37,541 nucleotides of DNA from positions 1-37,541 of IMG/VR virus record IMGVR_UViG_3300036713_000695. The stretch is one strand, 5' to 3'. This DNA is from a virus. Lineage: Duplodnaviria > Caudoviricetes. The position numbers and the translations under genes are program-made. The notes beneath the pieces were generated by a model. The model had not been told where the DNA came from. It saw nothing but the letters and a program-made list of their open reading frames with translations, and did not search any database. Positions within the stretch are counted from its first letter, which is position 1; every line of letters begins with the position of its first letter. Below are positions 1 to 8,942 of this stretch, in pieces.

Positions 1-2
1 TC

Positions 3-242
3 GACCCCCTCGGGGCCGAACGGCTGTACTACCAATCAGACGCTGCCACCCTCTCGGCAGCCTTTACGCTCCGGTCCGAATACGAGATGGAGTGCAACCG
101 CGCGCGATACGAATCTTCCCTGTATGGGTTTGGTGGGAAGTATGAAGAAGATAAAGGCGGGACTGATACTCCTGCAATGGACCTGACCCAAGGCACCTCC
201 AATACTGCTGCCCTTCGTTCTCTTAAATCGCTTGGATTTTAA
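3..242 (+). CDS. 5'-truncated ORF (DPLGAERLYYQ...LRSLKSLGF*), probable tail assembly chaperone C-terminal part
   Basis: Frame is open from the window edge to TAA at 240-242, 2 nt before the tape measure ATG. Function is inferred only from position immediately upstream of the TMP. Not in the ORF track. Confidence 0.6.
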   Translation, partial: DPLGAERLYYQSDAATLSAAFTLRSEYEMECNRARYESSLYGFGGKYEEDKGGTDTPAMDLTQGTSNTAALRSLKSLGF

Positions 243-244
243 CC

Positions 245-3200
245 ATGGCTGATAACAACCTGATTCTTGACTTTGTTGCTGGTATTCGACTCGGTACGGA
301 TGGCATCGTAAACCAGAAGGAAGTCGTTGCCAGTATCACTAAAGATATTGAAAAGAGCCTGAATTCTATCAAGATTGATGCCGGACAGATAACGATCAGC
401 CCGGATATCAAGCTAAATAAAACGACCCTTGCCGCCCAAAAGAAAAATATTGAGACTACGCTTGATGGGCTATCTCGAGCGATTGATGCCAAGAAGAGAG
501 GGCAAAAGATAGGGTCTGAGCTTTTTGATGGGATGTTTTTGGATTCCATCGGCCGCAATAAAGCAGGCGCGGCTCAGGCACGCCAAGCCTTAGCAAAAGT
601 ATTTGAGCCTATGAGCCTGGCCCGGCTGACTGGCCTACAAGATGCAAAGCTTGCTCAGTCCAAACTGAACGAGTCTATGGCGCAGTATAATGCGCTCGGT
701 AAGAAAACCCAGAAGTTATACAACAGCTTCCAGAAAGGAGGCATTATCCCTGCCAAGGATTTGGCACAGATGCGCCAGGCTACTGAGGCCGTAGGCCGGG
801 TTCTGGATGCTAGAGCTAGGCTGGTTAAGGCAGCGGCCGGCGGGAAGCTGGTTAAGGAGCCAGCCTTTGAAACTGTGGATGCAGTTGAAGCTGGGCAAAA
901 AATTGCTAAGCGGGTAAAAATCAGAGACGACCTCGCTCAGACCCCTGCCTTGGATACCAAAGGCGCGGCCGCGGTTGTCGGGGGCCGGGCTCAGCTGAAG
1001 GCAGTTCAGGATGCCTTGAGCAAAGAGGATACGGCTGTCCGGAGGGCCCGGGTTAACGAAGAGAATCGGGCCCGAGAAGAGAATTTAAAGCGCGACTTGG
1101 AAGCGGCTAACGCCGTAGCCGAAGCGCGGGAGGACGAGCGCCAGAAGCAACGGAAAGCGGATGCGGATGCGGATAAGGCCAGGAAAAGACGGCATGCCGA
1201 AGACCTCAAAGCTGCTGATGAAAGGAGTCAGCAACGGGCCAAGGATTTAGCGCTAGAGAAACAGGCTCAGTTTGGCCGTAGACGGGCCGAACGTGCTGCG
1301 GACCCTGCAGTGGCTGCCCGTCGTCAAGCCACCCAGGGGCTGCGCCAAGGTTTTGGCGGCGCTTCTGATGCTGACCTCAGCCTGAACAAGACTATATTTG
1401 CTGGCCAGATAAAACAGCTGGACTTGATGAAGAAGGGGGTCAGCGGGTTAAGCGACCTCGAAGAAAAGCGGTTACGCCTTTTGCAGCGGGCTCAAGAGGA
1501 GCTTGGTAAGGAGCAACGGCGGAGGAAGTCGCTTGCGTCCGATATAACGGCGGCGAACCGGGTTGCCGAGGCCGATAGGCAACGTGAGGCGGCTGCAGCG
1601 GCTAAGGCTGTGGCGGCCAGAAAGGCTGAGAATGCTGCTATTCTCGAGCAGAAGGCTAAGACCCGGCAGACTATTGTACAAGCTGGGCCGGAAGGTAAGG
1701 GCGGAGGCTATCAGACCAAAGGGGAGATCCAAGACGCCCAGAGATTGTTAGCGGCAGAGCAGGCCCGCCTCCGTAATATGGGGACGATGAGTGCGTCTCG
1801 CCGCCGCCGGGTTGCCGAGATTGAGAGAATTAACGTAGGTCTGGCTGGGCAGCTGCAAACTCTGAAACGGATCCAGACTGAGCAAGCCAAGATTGCATCT
1901 GGCGGGGGAGGAGGCCGAGGCGGAGGTACAGGCGTCGGTGACAACTTTGATGATATGTCTAAGAAGGCCGGCAACCTCCGCGATCGTTTAGGAGAGACTG
2001 GTTTACTTCTGCGTCAGTTCCTCCGGTACGCCTTAGGATATGGTGCCCTCTATAAGGCATTGGCCGCGGTAACCGCGCTGACCAAAGGCGTGGTACAGCT
2101 GGATAAAGAGCTGAAGTCGATTGAGGCTATTTCGCAGGCCACTGAAGAGCAGATGCTCTCGATTGAGGCCGCGATTAAAGGCGTGGCAGTTACTACCAAA
2201 TTCTCTGTCCAAGAGATCGCCAAAGCGGCCCGGGTGCTGGCCCAGGCAGGTGTAGAGCCAGAACAGATCAACAAGGTCCTGTCCAGTGTAGCCCAGTTCG
2301 CTGCAGGCACAGAGACCGCGCTGGATGTGGCAGCGGATGTCGCCTCCACGATGCGGAATGTCTTCAAGGAGCTGGAAGATATTCAGATTGCTGACAAGCT
2401 GACCAAGGCAATCAACATCTCCAAGCTGACAGGTAATGACCTGAAGGTCATCCTGTCTATCTCTGCGCAGATCGGTAAATCTTTCCAGCTGACCTCAGAC
2501 CAGTACCTGGCTGCGGTAACTACCCTGCGAAATGCCGGCCTCAAAGCTTCTACGGTAGCGACCGGCCTCCGGCAGGGCCTGCTTGAGATATTCAGCCCGG
2601 ACTCAAAATCATTAAAGGCCTTAAAGGATCGGTACGCGCAGATCGGCGAGGCCCTGAACGACAGCGATATCAAGAAAAGATTCGCAGGGTTCCAGGCAGC
2701 GTCTAACCCACTGCTGGCCGCACTGAAGGAACTCAACCGGCTCGGCTTTACTGGTGAAGGTAAGCAGACGTTTGCCCGCGCTTTCGATATCCGCGCAGAG
2801 AATGCGATCAGCGCGCTGATTGACAATATCGACAAGTTAGAGGAGTCGGAGGCCAGGATATCGTTAGGCGGGGCTGCGGCCGAAGCTTCGGCGACCCAGA
2901 TGGAGTCCCTGGCGAATACCCTGGACAACCTGGGCGCGGCCATGACAGTCCTGGCGGCAGACATTACTGAGGGACCTATAGCGGCTCTGCAGGAGCTGGC
3001 TAAAGGGGCGACGGATGCTGTCAATGCCTTGGATAAACTGGATATCGACCTTAAGGCCAAAGGCGGGGATGGCATCGGAGGGATCCTTACGACTGCGGCC
3101 TCTGGTGGCGTTGCCGGGGCCAGCCTGGCCGGCGGTGGCGTACTGCGGCGGATCGTGGGCGGCGCTGCGGGTGCGGCTGCCGGAGCCTATGGCGGCCAGC

Positions 3201-6200
3201 AGACGCTGGATCAGGCAGCTACTGGTGAGATTACGCCTGCAGCCGCTGAGAAGACTCTGGACATAGTCAGTGCCTTATTGAATGTGATCTCTATCCTCAG
3301 CCTGTCCAAGGGGTTTGCTAGTTTAAAGCAACTGAAAGCAACTGTCGGGCCTTCTGGGAAATTTGGGCAGGCCTCCCTGAAAGTGGGGGAGATAAGCGGA
3401 GTAATTATAAGCCTAGGGGCAATTTTTGGAGGGGTATTTGGTACGCTGCTGAAAGGTTTGAAGGGGCTAGGTACAGTCGCCCTGACCTTTGCCAGAGCCA
3501 ACCCTATCGGTATTGTTCTGACAGCCGCGTATGCCGCGTATGAAGCTTGGCAAGCCTTTGGAGATTCTGCCGAAACACAGGCGGATGAGTTTGCGCGTTT
3601 AGAGCAGCAGTCAAAAGCACAGAAGCAACGGAATGTCAGAAATCGGCAAGCCTTGGAGAAAACCAGGGAAGGGTTTGCTGAATATCAGTTTACTGATCGG
3701 GAACAGGGGGTAGAGGCTAGAGCCAATACTTCTGCTGATTACATTGAAACTGCGGCTACCCGGCTGGAACGCGGCAGGGCAGAACTACGGAAACAGTTCT
3801 TTAGCGGCGTCGAGGACCTGGATGCGCTTGCTACAAACTTTGAAACTTTAGCTTCGGGGCCTGCTGCCGAAGCAGATTCACCTGCCAGAAAAGTAGCGTT
3901 ACAAGCACTGAGCAAAGCTTCTGGGGTTGATCTGACTAATCTGTCAGCAGAGCGGGACCGCTTGTTATCTTCCCTGGTATCCGGGATCTCTGAACCGATT
4001 AGACAAATCACGTCTATAGTCAGCGATCTGTCAGTCAAATACGAACGGCTGAAGTCTCAGGATTTCGGGGCCTTGCCGGTTTTTGACCAAACCTTCATTA
4101 CCGAATACGAAGCGATTCAGAGTAAGAACCCGAGACTGTATGCCGCAATGCGGGGGGACAAAAAGGCCCTTGCAGAAATTGGTGGAGTAGATGGACTGCT
4201 CTCCAATATTGAGACCATGTATACCGCTATTTCCAAGGTATCTCAGGACCTGTTACCTGCCCAATTGGAAGCCGAGGTTGAGGGGCTTACCGCGGAGTTC
4301 AGTACTGAAGTCGATAAAATTGTTAAGGGTGTCGCAAGCGGGGAGCTGACCCTTGTCCAGGCAGAGTCAAAGCTCCTGGCTGAGTTGGATAAACTATCCA
4401 AAACTGGAGAGACTTCTTTTGATGCACTGGAGGCCGCGGCCGCGACCATAGAGCAGAAGTTTGCTGAGCTTGAGGACCAGGCCAATACTGCCCGGGAGAC
4501 GCTGATACAGATCGGCAGCACTCCTCGTCGTGAGCCTCAGTTTGTGTCCGGCCGGTATGGCCCGGGAGCGGCCCCACAAGATACGACTGGGAGAGATGCC
4601 GCAAGTGCTGGGCTGGCTATTACCAATGCAGAGGCAGGGAAACAGGTTACTGGATTAGCCGACAGGCTACAGAAAGATGTCCAGGATAAACTGATACAGC
4701 AGGGAGAGAAGGCGAATGTTGAGGCAGAAAAGTCGGCAACTGCCCTGTTTGAAGGACTCAAAGACAATGCTAAGGCCCTCGAGAACGACGAGGTCTTTAA
4801 AGAACTATTACGTACCTTAGGGACTGAAGCATCCAACCTGTTTAATGCCGCTGCTGCCAACGATCGGGAAGACTTCGATAAATTTGCAAGGGCGATAAGC
4901 AAAGAGTTGACCAAGACGACTAGAGTGACTGTTAGGCCACTTACAGTTAAGGCAGCTAAGTTACAAGCGGGTGCAACAAAAGCTGAGGGTCGCCGGGCGA
5001 CGGTGGCAGCCGAACAGCGAAAGATCACGGAGTATCAGAAGTACGCTCCGGACATTGCCGCTGGCCAAAAAATAGCAGAACTGGATACCCAGATTGCGCG
5101 CTTGACCAAGATCAAGAGCCCTGATCTGTTTGCCCCGGATAGCCCGATCCATAAGAAAGCCAATCTGCAGGCTGCTGAGATTACGAAAGAATTAGGCCAG
5201 CTCGGCGAGGACATCAAGAAGGCCGCGGATAAAGATTCGCTTCAGGGGTATCAAAAGCAGCAGACCTTGTTGAAGAAACAGTCTGAACTCCATATCAAGC
5301 GGAATAAGATATTAGAGGCGGCTAATAAATCGATAGAAGACGCCCGCTTCGCCTATGAGAAACAGAGTCTCCAGGCACAGAAGGAAGTGGCTACCGCTGA
5401 GAAGCGGCTGGTAGACCAGCAGTTAACCAACCTGGTTATCTCGGGGAATGCCGATGACTTGCGGAAGCTGCAGGATGAGCGGGTCCGGATTAATGAGGCG
5501 CTGCTGGCTACGGACGAGAAGTTGCTCCGACACTCAGGCAAGAGTGAGAAGCTTATTCAGCTGAAGGTTAAAGCCGATACCGAGGCGCTGCAGCAGGCCG
5601 AAGCCAGGAAGCGCGCTGAAGAGGTTATCGCGGTTACGCAGGAGAACCTGCGCAATGTCGGGACGACGGCTACCAGTGGGAGCGTGGTGGAGGATGCGGC
5701 GCGGTCGGCGCGCGGCCTGGAATTCTCAGACGCGGAGAAGCTTAGCTCCTATGCCGACTCTGCTACCAAGATCTATAAGGAGATTGCGATGCTGCAGGCC
5801 CAGCTGGGAGATCCGACAGTCTCCCAGGCCCCAGTCATAAAGGAACTGGAAAAACTCAATATAGAGCTGGCTACCCTGGAGGGCCAATTTGACCGGATTG
5901 ACACCAATGGGTTTGAGCAGGCTTTCCGGGCGTTTGACCCCAAGCTTATTGCTACTGACCTGCAGAACCTGGAGTCGGCTTTCCAAAATCTGGGAGACTC
6001 CATCCGCGGGAACATCGTCGGGGCCATAGATGAGATTGGGCCGTCCCTGTTCGATGCGGTAGTGGACGGCGGAGATGCGCTAGATGTGCTTCAGAGCATT
6101 GCGTATGACATGTTCCGGAATATCGGACGAGAAGCCGCAGGAAGTCTGGTCAATTCGCTGTCTCAGGAGTTGCTGGCCCAGTTTGACAGCAGCGACACTA

Positions 6201-7063
6201 AAGCACTTTTCGGATCTATCTTCGGAATTGGCGGAGGGGATATCGCGGGCGCGGCAGCTTCTGCTGCAGAGAACCAGCCCGGGGATGCCGGTGCCTTTAC
6301 GTCTGCCCTCACTGCCGGTGCCGCTACCAATGCGGCGGTAGCCAACGTCACTGGGCAGATTGTCAACGTCACCGGTTCGGTTGCCGGCGCTGACGTGACC
6401 CAGTCTCTGCTGGGTAAGATCAGTGAGACCAATGAAGTCCAGGTGGACCTGGGTCAGGAGACGATTCAAAAATCTGAAGGTTGGTTCAGCGGTCTTGGGT
6501 CCCTGTTTACTAATGGCTTGAATAGCCTTGGCGGGTTCTTCTCCAGCCTGTTCAGCGGCGGTGGCGGCGGTGGTGGCGGGTTCCTCCAATCAGCTATTGG
6601 GTTTATCTCAAACCTGTTCACGGCCGCCGACGGCGTTGCTGATATCGGGACTAAGCAAGGGGCCGTTACCTCCTCTGGTGTCATTACAGGGCCTGGGACA
6701 GGGGTTTCTGACTCGATTGCGGCAGCTTTGTTTGAGGGAAATCGGGTCACTCCGATTGCGGTAGGTGCCGGAGAATCTATTCTCACGGCTAAGGCTACCC
6801 GAATGATCGGGGTTGATCAGATCAGTCGATGGAACAAGGGCCGTATTAAAGGGTTTGCACAGGGTATGGTCCCGGCGGCCAAGACGCCGGGAAGCTCTGC
6901 TGCTGCTGCTGCTGCAGCTCCGCAGGTCAATGCCAGTACCCGGATCGTCAACGTACTGGATCCCGACCTGATGCAGGACTATCTGTCCTCCTCTACAGGG
7001 GAGAAAGTGGTTCTGAATATCATTCAGAGAAACCCAACTGCCGTTAACCAATACCTACGCTAA
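245..7063 (+). CDS. Tail tape measure protein (2272 aa)
   Basis: Very long Ala/Lys/Glu-rich helical ORF. TP901-type core at ~aa 600-910 (TKFSVQEIAKAARVLAQAG, LRNAGLKASTVATGLR), hydrophobic Gly-rich segments, GPGTGVSDSI motif and C-terminal RIVNVLDPDLMQDYL typical of TMPs. Followed by tail-tip genes. Confidence 0.95.
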   Translation: MADNNLILDFVAGIRLGTDGIVNQKEVVASITKDIEKSLNSIKIDAGQITISPDIKLNKTTLAAQKKNIETTLDGLSRAIDAKKRGQKIGSELFDGMFLDSIGRNKAGAAQARQALAKVFEPMSLARLTGLQDAKLAQSKLNESMAQYNALGKKTQKLYNSFQKGGIIPAKDLAQMRQATEAVGRVLDARARLVKAAAGGKLVKEPAFETVDAVEAGQKIAKRVKIRDDLAQTPALDTKGAAAVVGGRAQLKAVQDALSKEDTAVRRARVNEENRAREENLKRDLEAANAVAEAREDERQKQRKADADADKARKRRHAEDLKAADERSQQRAKDLALEKQAQFGRRRAERAADPAVAARRQATQGLRQGFGGASDADLSLNKTIFAGQIKQLDLMKKGVSGLSDLEEKRLRLLQRAQEELGKEQRRRKSLASDITAANRVAEADRQREAAAAAKAVAARKAENAAILEQKAKTRQTIVQAGPEGKGGGYQTKGEIQDAQRLLAAEQARLRNMGTMSASRRRRVAEIERINVGLAGQLQTLKRIQTEQAKIASGGGGGRGGGTGVGDNFDDMSKKAGNLRDRLGETGLLLRQFLRYALGYGALYKALAAVTALTKGVVQLDKELKSIEAISQATEEQMLSIEAAIKGVAVTTKFSVQEIAKAARVLAQAGVEPEQINKVLSSVAQFAAGTETALDVAADVASTMRNVFKELEDIQIADKLTKAINISKLTGNDLKVILSISAQIGKSFQLTSDQYLAAVTTLRNAGLKASTVATGLRQGLLEIFSPDSKSLKALKDRYAQIGEALNDSDIKKRFAGFQAASNPLLAALKELNRLGFTGEGKQTFARAFDIRAENAISALIDNIDKLEESEARISLGGAAAEASATQMESLANTLDNLGAAMTVLAADITEGPIAALQELAKGATDAVNALDKLDIDLKAKGGDGIGGILTTAASGGVAGASLAGGGVLRRIVGGAAGAAAGAYGGQQTLDQAATGEITPAAAEKTLDIVSALLNVISILSLSKGFASLKQLKATVGPSGKFGQASLKVGEISGVIISLGAIFGGVFGTLLKGLKGLGTVALTFARANPIGIVLTAAYAAYEAWQAFGDSAETQADEFARLEQQSKAQKQRNVRNRQALEKTREGFAEYQFTDREQGVEARANTSADYIETAATRLERGRAELRKQFFSGVEDLDALATNFETLASGPAAEADSPARKVALQALSKASGVDLTNLSAERDRLLSSLVSGISEPIRQITSIVSDLSVKYERLKSQDFGALPVFDQTFITEYEAIQSKNPRLYAAMRGDKKALAEIGGVDGLLSNIETMYTAISKVSQDLLPAQLEAEVEGLTAEFSTEVDKIVKGVASGELTLVQAESKLLAELDKLSKTGETSFDALEAAAATIEQKFAELEDQANTARETLIQIGSTPRREPQFVSGRYGPGAAPQDTTGRDAASAGLAITNAEAGKQVTGLADRLQKDVQDKLIQQGEKANVEAEKSATALFEGLKDNAKALENDEVFKELLRTLGTEASNLFNAAAANDREDFDKFARAISKELTKTTRVTVRPLTVKAAKLQAGATKAEGRRATVAAEQRKITEYQKYAPDIAAGQKIAELDTQIARLTKIKSPDLFAPDSPIHKKANLQAAEITKELGQLGEDIKKAADKDSLQGYQKQQTLLKKQSELHIKRNKILEAANKSIEDARFAYEKQSLQAQKEVATAEKRLVDQQLTNLVISGNADDLRKLQDERVRINEALLATDEKLLRHSGKSEKLIQLKVKADTEALQQAEARKRAEEVIAVTQENLRNVGTTATSGSVVEDAARSARGLEFSDAEKLSSYADSATKIYKEIAMLQAQLGDPTVSQAPVIKELEKLNIELATLEGQFDRIDTNGFEQAFRAFDPKLIATDLQNLESAFQNLGDSIRGNIVGAIDEIGPSLFDAVVDGGDALDVLQSIAYDMFRNIGREAAGSLVNSLSQELLAQFDSSDTKALFGSIFGIGGGDIAGAAASAAENQPGDAGAFTSALTAGAATNAAVANVTGQIVNVTGSVAGADVTQSLLGKISETNEVQVDLGQETIQKSEGWFSGLGSLFTNGLNSLGGFFSSLFSGGGGGGGGFLQSAIGFISNLFTAADGVADIGTKQGAVTSSGVITGPGTGVSDSIAAALFEGNRVTPIAVGAGESILTAKATRMIGVDQISRWNKGRIKGFAQGMVPAAKTPGSSAAAAAAAPQVNASTRIVNVLDPDLMQDYLSSSTGEKVVLNIIQRNPTAVNQYLR

Positions 7064-7064
7064 C

Positions 7065-7093
7065 TTGTGAAAAACATGAAAGTCAGGGACAAT
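7065..7093 (+). promoter_or_regulatory. Possible sigma70-like promoter (TTGTGA-N17-GACAAT)
   Basis: Lies in the only sizeable spacer of the tail arm, with partial matches to the -35/-10 consensus at 17-nt spacing. Confidence 0.25.
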
Positions 7094-7130
7094 CTTAACT
7101 ATTACCTTTCCCCAACTACCGGGTTCTGCC

Positions 7131-8003
7131 ATGCCGCATGAGATAGGAACAGCTTCCGGGCATTATGACCTGCTGGCCAAGATCAAAGCCTTTGTTACCA
7201 GTACCGTAGAGATGGGTGCCGGAAACGAATGGAGTATTGAACGCGACGATACGACCGGGGACGACCACGAATTGATACTGAACGGCCCCGGGCTGACTGG
7301 GTTGGAGGAAATTTTTGTCGGAATAAAGACTTATCAGTCTGTAGATGATGACTATTTTAACTTCAAGGTGATGGGGGCAACGGGGTATAGCCTGGGCGAT
7401 TCATTTGAAGCACAGCCGGGTAGCTCGGGTATGAAGGGAGTCCCTTTATGGGATGCAACGATACCCTACTGGATAATTGCGAATGCGCAACGGATTATTG
7501 TTGTTGCCAATGTAGAGACAATCTATCAGACTTTTTACATAGGCAAAATGGTCCCTTATGCCAGCCCTAATCAGTACCCCTACCCGCTGGCCATTGTTTC
7601 TATGCTGACCTCTGCGCCGGCAACTCGGTATTCTGATACCAGTTACAATTTCGGATTTAAGAATGGGGACACCGGAGCTTTCGTTATTAGAGACAATGCA
7701 GGTACTTGGCTGAGCCCAAAAACTTGGCCTTGGAAAAATGCTTGGATTGGAGCCGCGTACTATACTGCGACAGCTTCGGAAGAAGAAAACCTCAGAGATA
7801 CCGGTGGAGTGTACCCCGTTCTTCCCATTGTTATCTGGGAGACCACGCCTAACCATTATGGTGAGTTTGACGGAGTCTATTACGTGAGTGGGTTTAGTCT
7901 GGCAGTAGAGGATACGATGACAATCGGCGGAGACACTTACCTGGTTGTCCGTAACGCAGCCCGTACCGGATTCCAGGATTACATTGCAATTAAATTGGAT
8001 TAA
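7131..8003 (+). CDS. Virion structural/tail protein (YuA/D3112-type first post-TMP gene, 290 aa)
   Basis: Motifs MPHEIGTA, IPYWIIANAQRIIVV, PYASPNQYPYPLAI and GEFDGVYYVSG resemble structural proteins following the TMP in Pseudomonas siphophages; synteny agrees. Confidence 0.8.
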   Translation: MPHEIGTASGHYDLLAKIKAFVTSTVEMGAGNEWSIERDDTTGDDHELILNGPGLTGLEEIFVGIKTYQSVDDDYFNFKVMGATGYSLGDSFEAQPGSSGMKGVPLWDATIPYWIIANAQRIIVVANVETIYQTFYIGKMVPYASPNQYPYPLAIVSMLTSAPATRYSDTSYNFGFKNGDTGAFVIRDNAGTWLSPKTWPWKNAWIGAAYYTATASEEENLRDTGGVYPVLPIVIWETTPNHYGEFDGVYYVSGFSLAVEDTMTIGGDTYLVVRNAARTGFQDYIAIKLD

Positions 8004-8006
8004 CCT

Positions 8007-8942
8007 ATGCCTTACGATATCGGTGCTACGACGGGATACGCTGACCTAAAATCCCGCATCCATACCTTCCTACAGGACAATGGCTGGACCCTATCCGGTA
8101 CCGTAATTTACAAGGGTAACGTATTTGCTCAGCTGACCGATAACACGGCCTACCTGCAGTTGGTCGGTGGGCAAGGGGAATCCGGAGGCGCACTAACCGA
8201 TACCTGCCCGGCTATTTCCAGGATCAGGACGGACGCCTGGGGTACCGACGTGACCTTCCCCTGCACTTACCACTTCTTTGTGCACACTTCCCCTGACGTG
8301 TTCATGTGCGTGATTAACCACAACACGCTTAATGTCCAGTGGATGACCTTTGGTGAGGTAAATAAATACGGCGCTTGGAATGGGGGTCAGTATTTTGGGG
8401 CTAGTTACAATTCTGGGTCGTTGCACAATGTCTGGCAATTTAGTAATTGGAGATGCCGGTTCTATAATACCCAGGCAGGGCAGAATACTAACTGCGGGAT
8501 AGGGTATTTTTGGGCGTCAACCGACACCAGCAGTGGAGGTTACGGCAATATGCAGATGGTCTGTGACCTGGATGGGTCAGCAGGCGACTGGATAGACAAC
8601 CACGGGACGCTCTCTACCCGCAATTTTAATGGGTCGTATCTGGCTAATAACCTGGTGCCTTATTCCCCTAATACGTTTAATTCACAAGCTGTATTGGTCC
8701 CTATCCACCTGTATCACAACCGACCCAGCGATTTCAGTAGTGTCATCGGAGAGCCAGGGCATACCCGGTATGTCAACATAAAACATTACAATGCCGCAGA
8801 CATTATTACCCTCGGCGCAGAGAAATGGATGGTGTTTCCTCACCATAAAAAGAGCGCGAATTCCCTCACGGACCCAGCTGTCTACCCCAGCGGTAGTGAG
8901 ACCGGGTACCTCGGGTTTGCTGTTAGATATGACGGGCCTTAA
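8007..8942 (+). CDS. Virion structural/tail protein (311 aa)
   Basis: Motifs PNTFNSQAVLVPI, IITLGAEKWMVFP and terminal GFAVRYDGP are characteristic of the second post-TMP protein of this cassette; synteny agrees. Confidence 0.8.
   Translation: MPYDIGATTGYADLKSRIHTFLQDNGWTLSGTVIYKGNVFAQLTDNTAYLQLVGGQGESGGALTDTCPAISRIRTDAWGTDVTFPCTYHFFVHTSPDVFMCVINHNTLNVQWMTFGEVNKYGAWNGGQYFGASYNSGSLHNVWQFSNWRCRFYNTQAGQNTNCGIGYFWASTDTSSGGYGNMQMVCDLDGSAGDWIDNHGTLSTRNFNGSYLANNLVPYSPNTFNSQAVLVPIHLYHNRPSDFSSVIGEPGHTRYVNIKHYNAADIITLGAEKWMVFPHHKKSANSLTDPAVYPSGSETGYLGFAVRYDGP

Noticed and set aside
1-242. Programmed frameshift of the tail assembly chaperone
   Set aside because: Expected by analogy with lambda G/GT, but any slippery site would lie upstream of the window.
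6556-6920. (GGC/GGT)n and (GCT)n runs as contingency microsatellites
   Set aside because: Short in-frame triplet runs encoding poly-Gly and poly-Ala linkers; slippage would not switch expression.
223-7051. Many antisense and alternative-frame ORFs inside the tape measure gene (e.g. 2383-3075, 230 aa)
   Set aside because: Shadow ORFs from codon bias in an Ala/Leu-rich gene; Ser/Ala-rich, no motifs, and fully overlapped.
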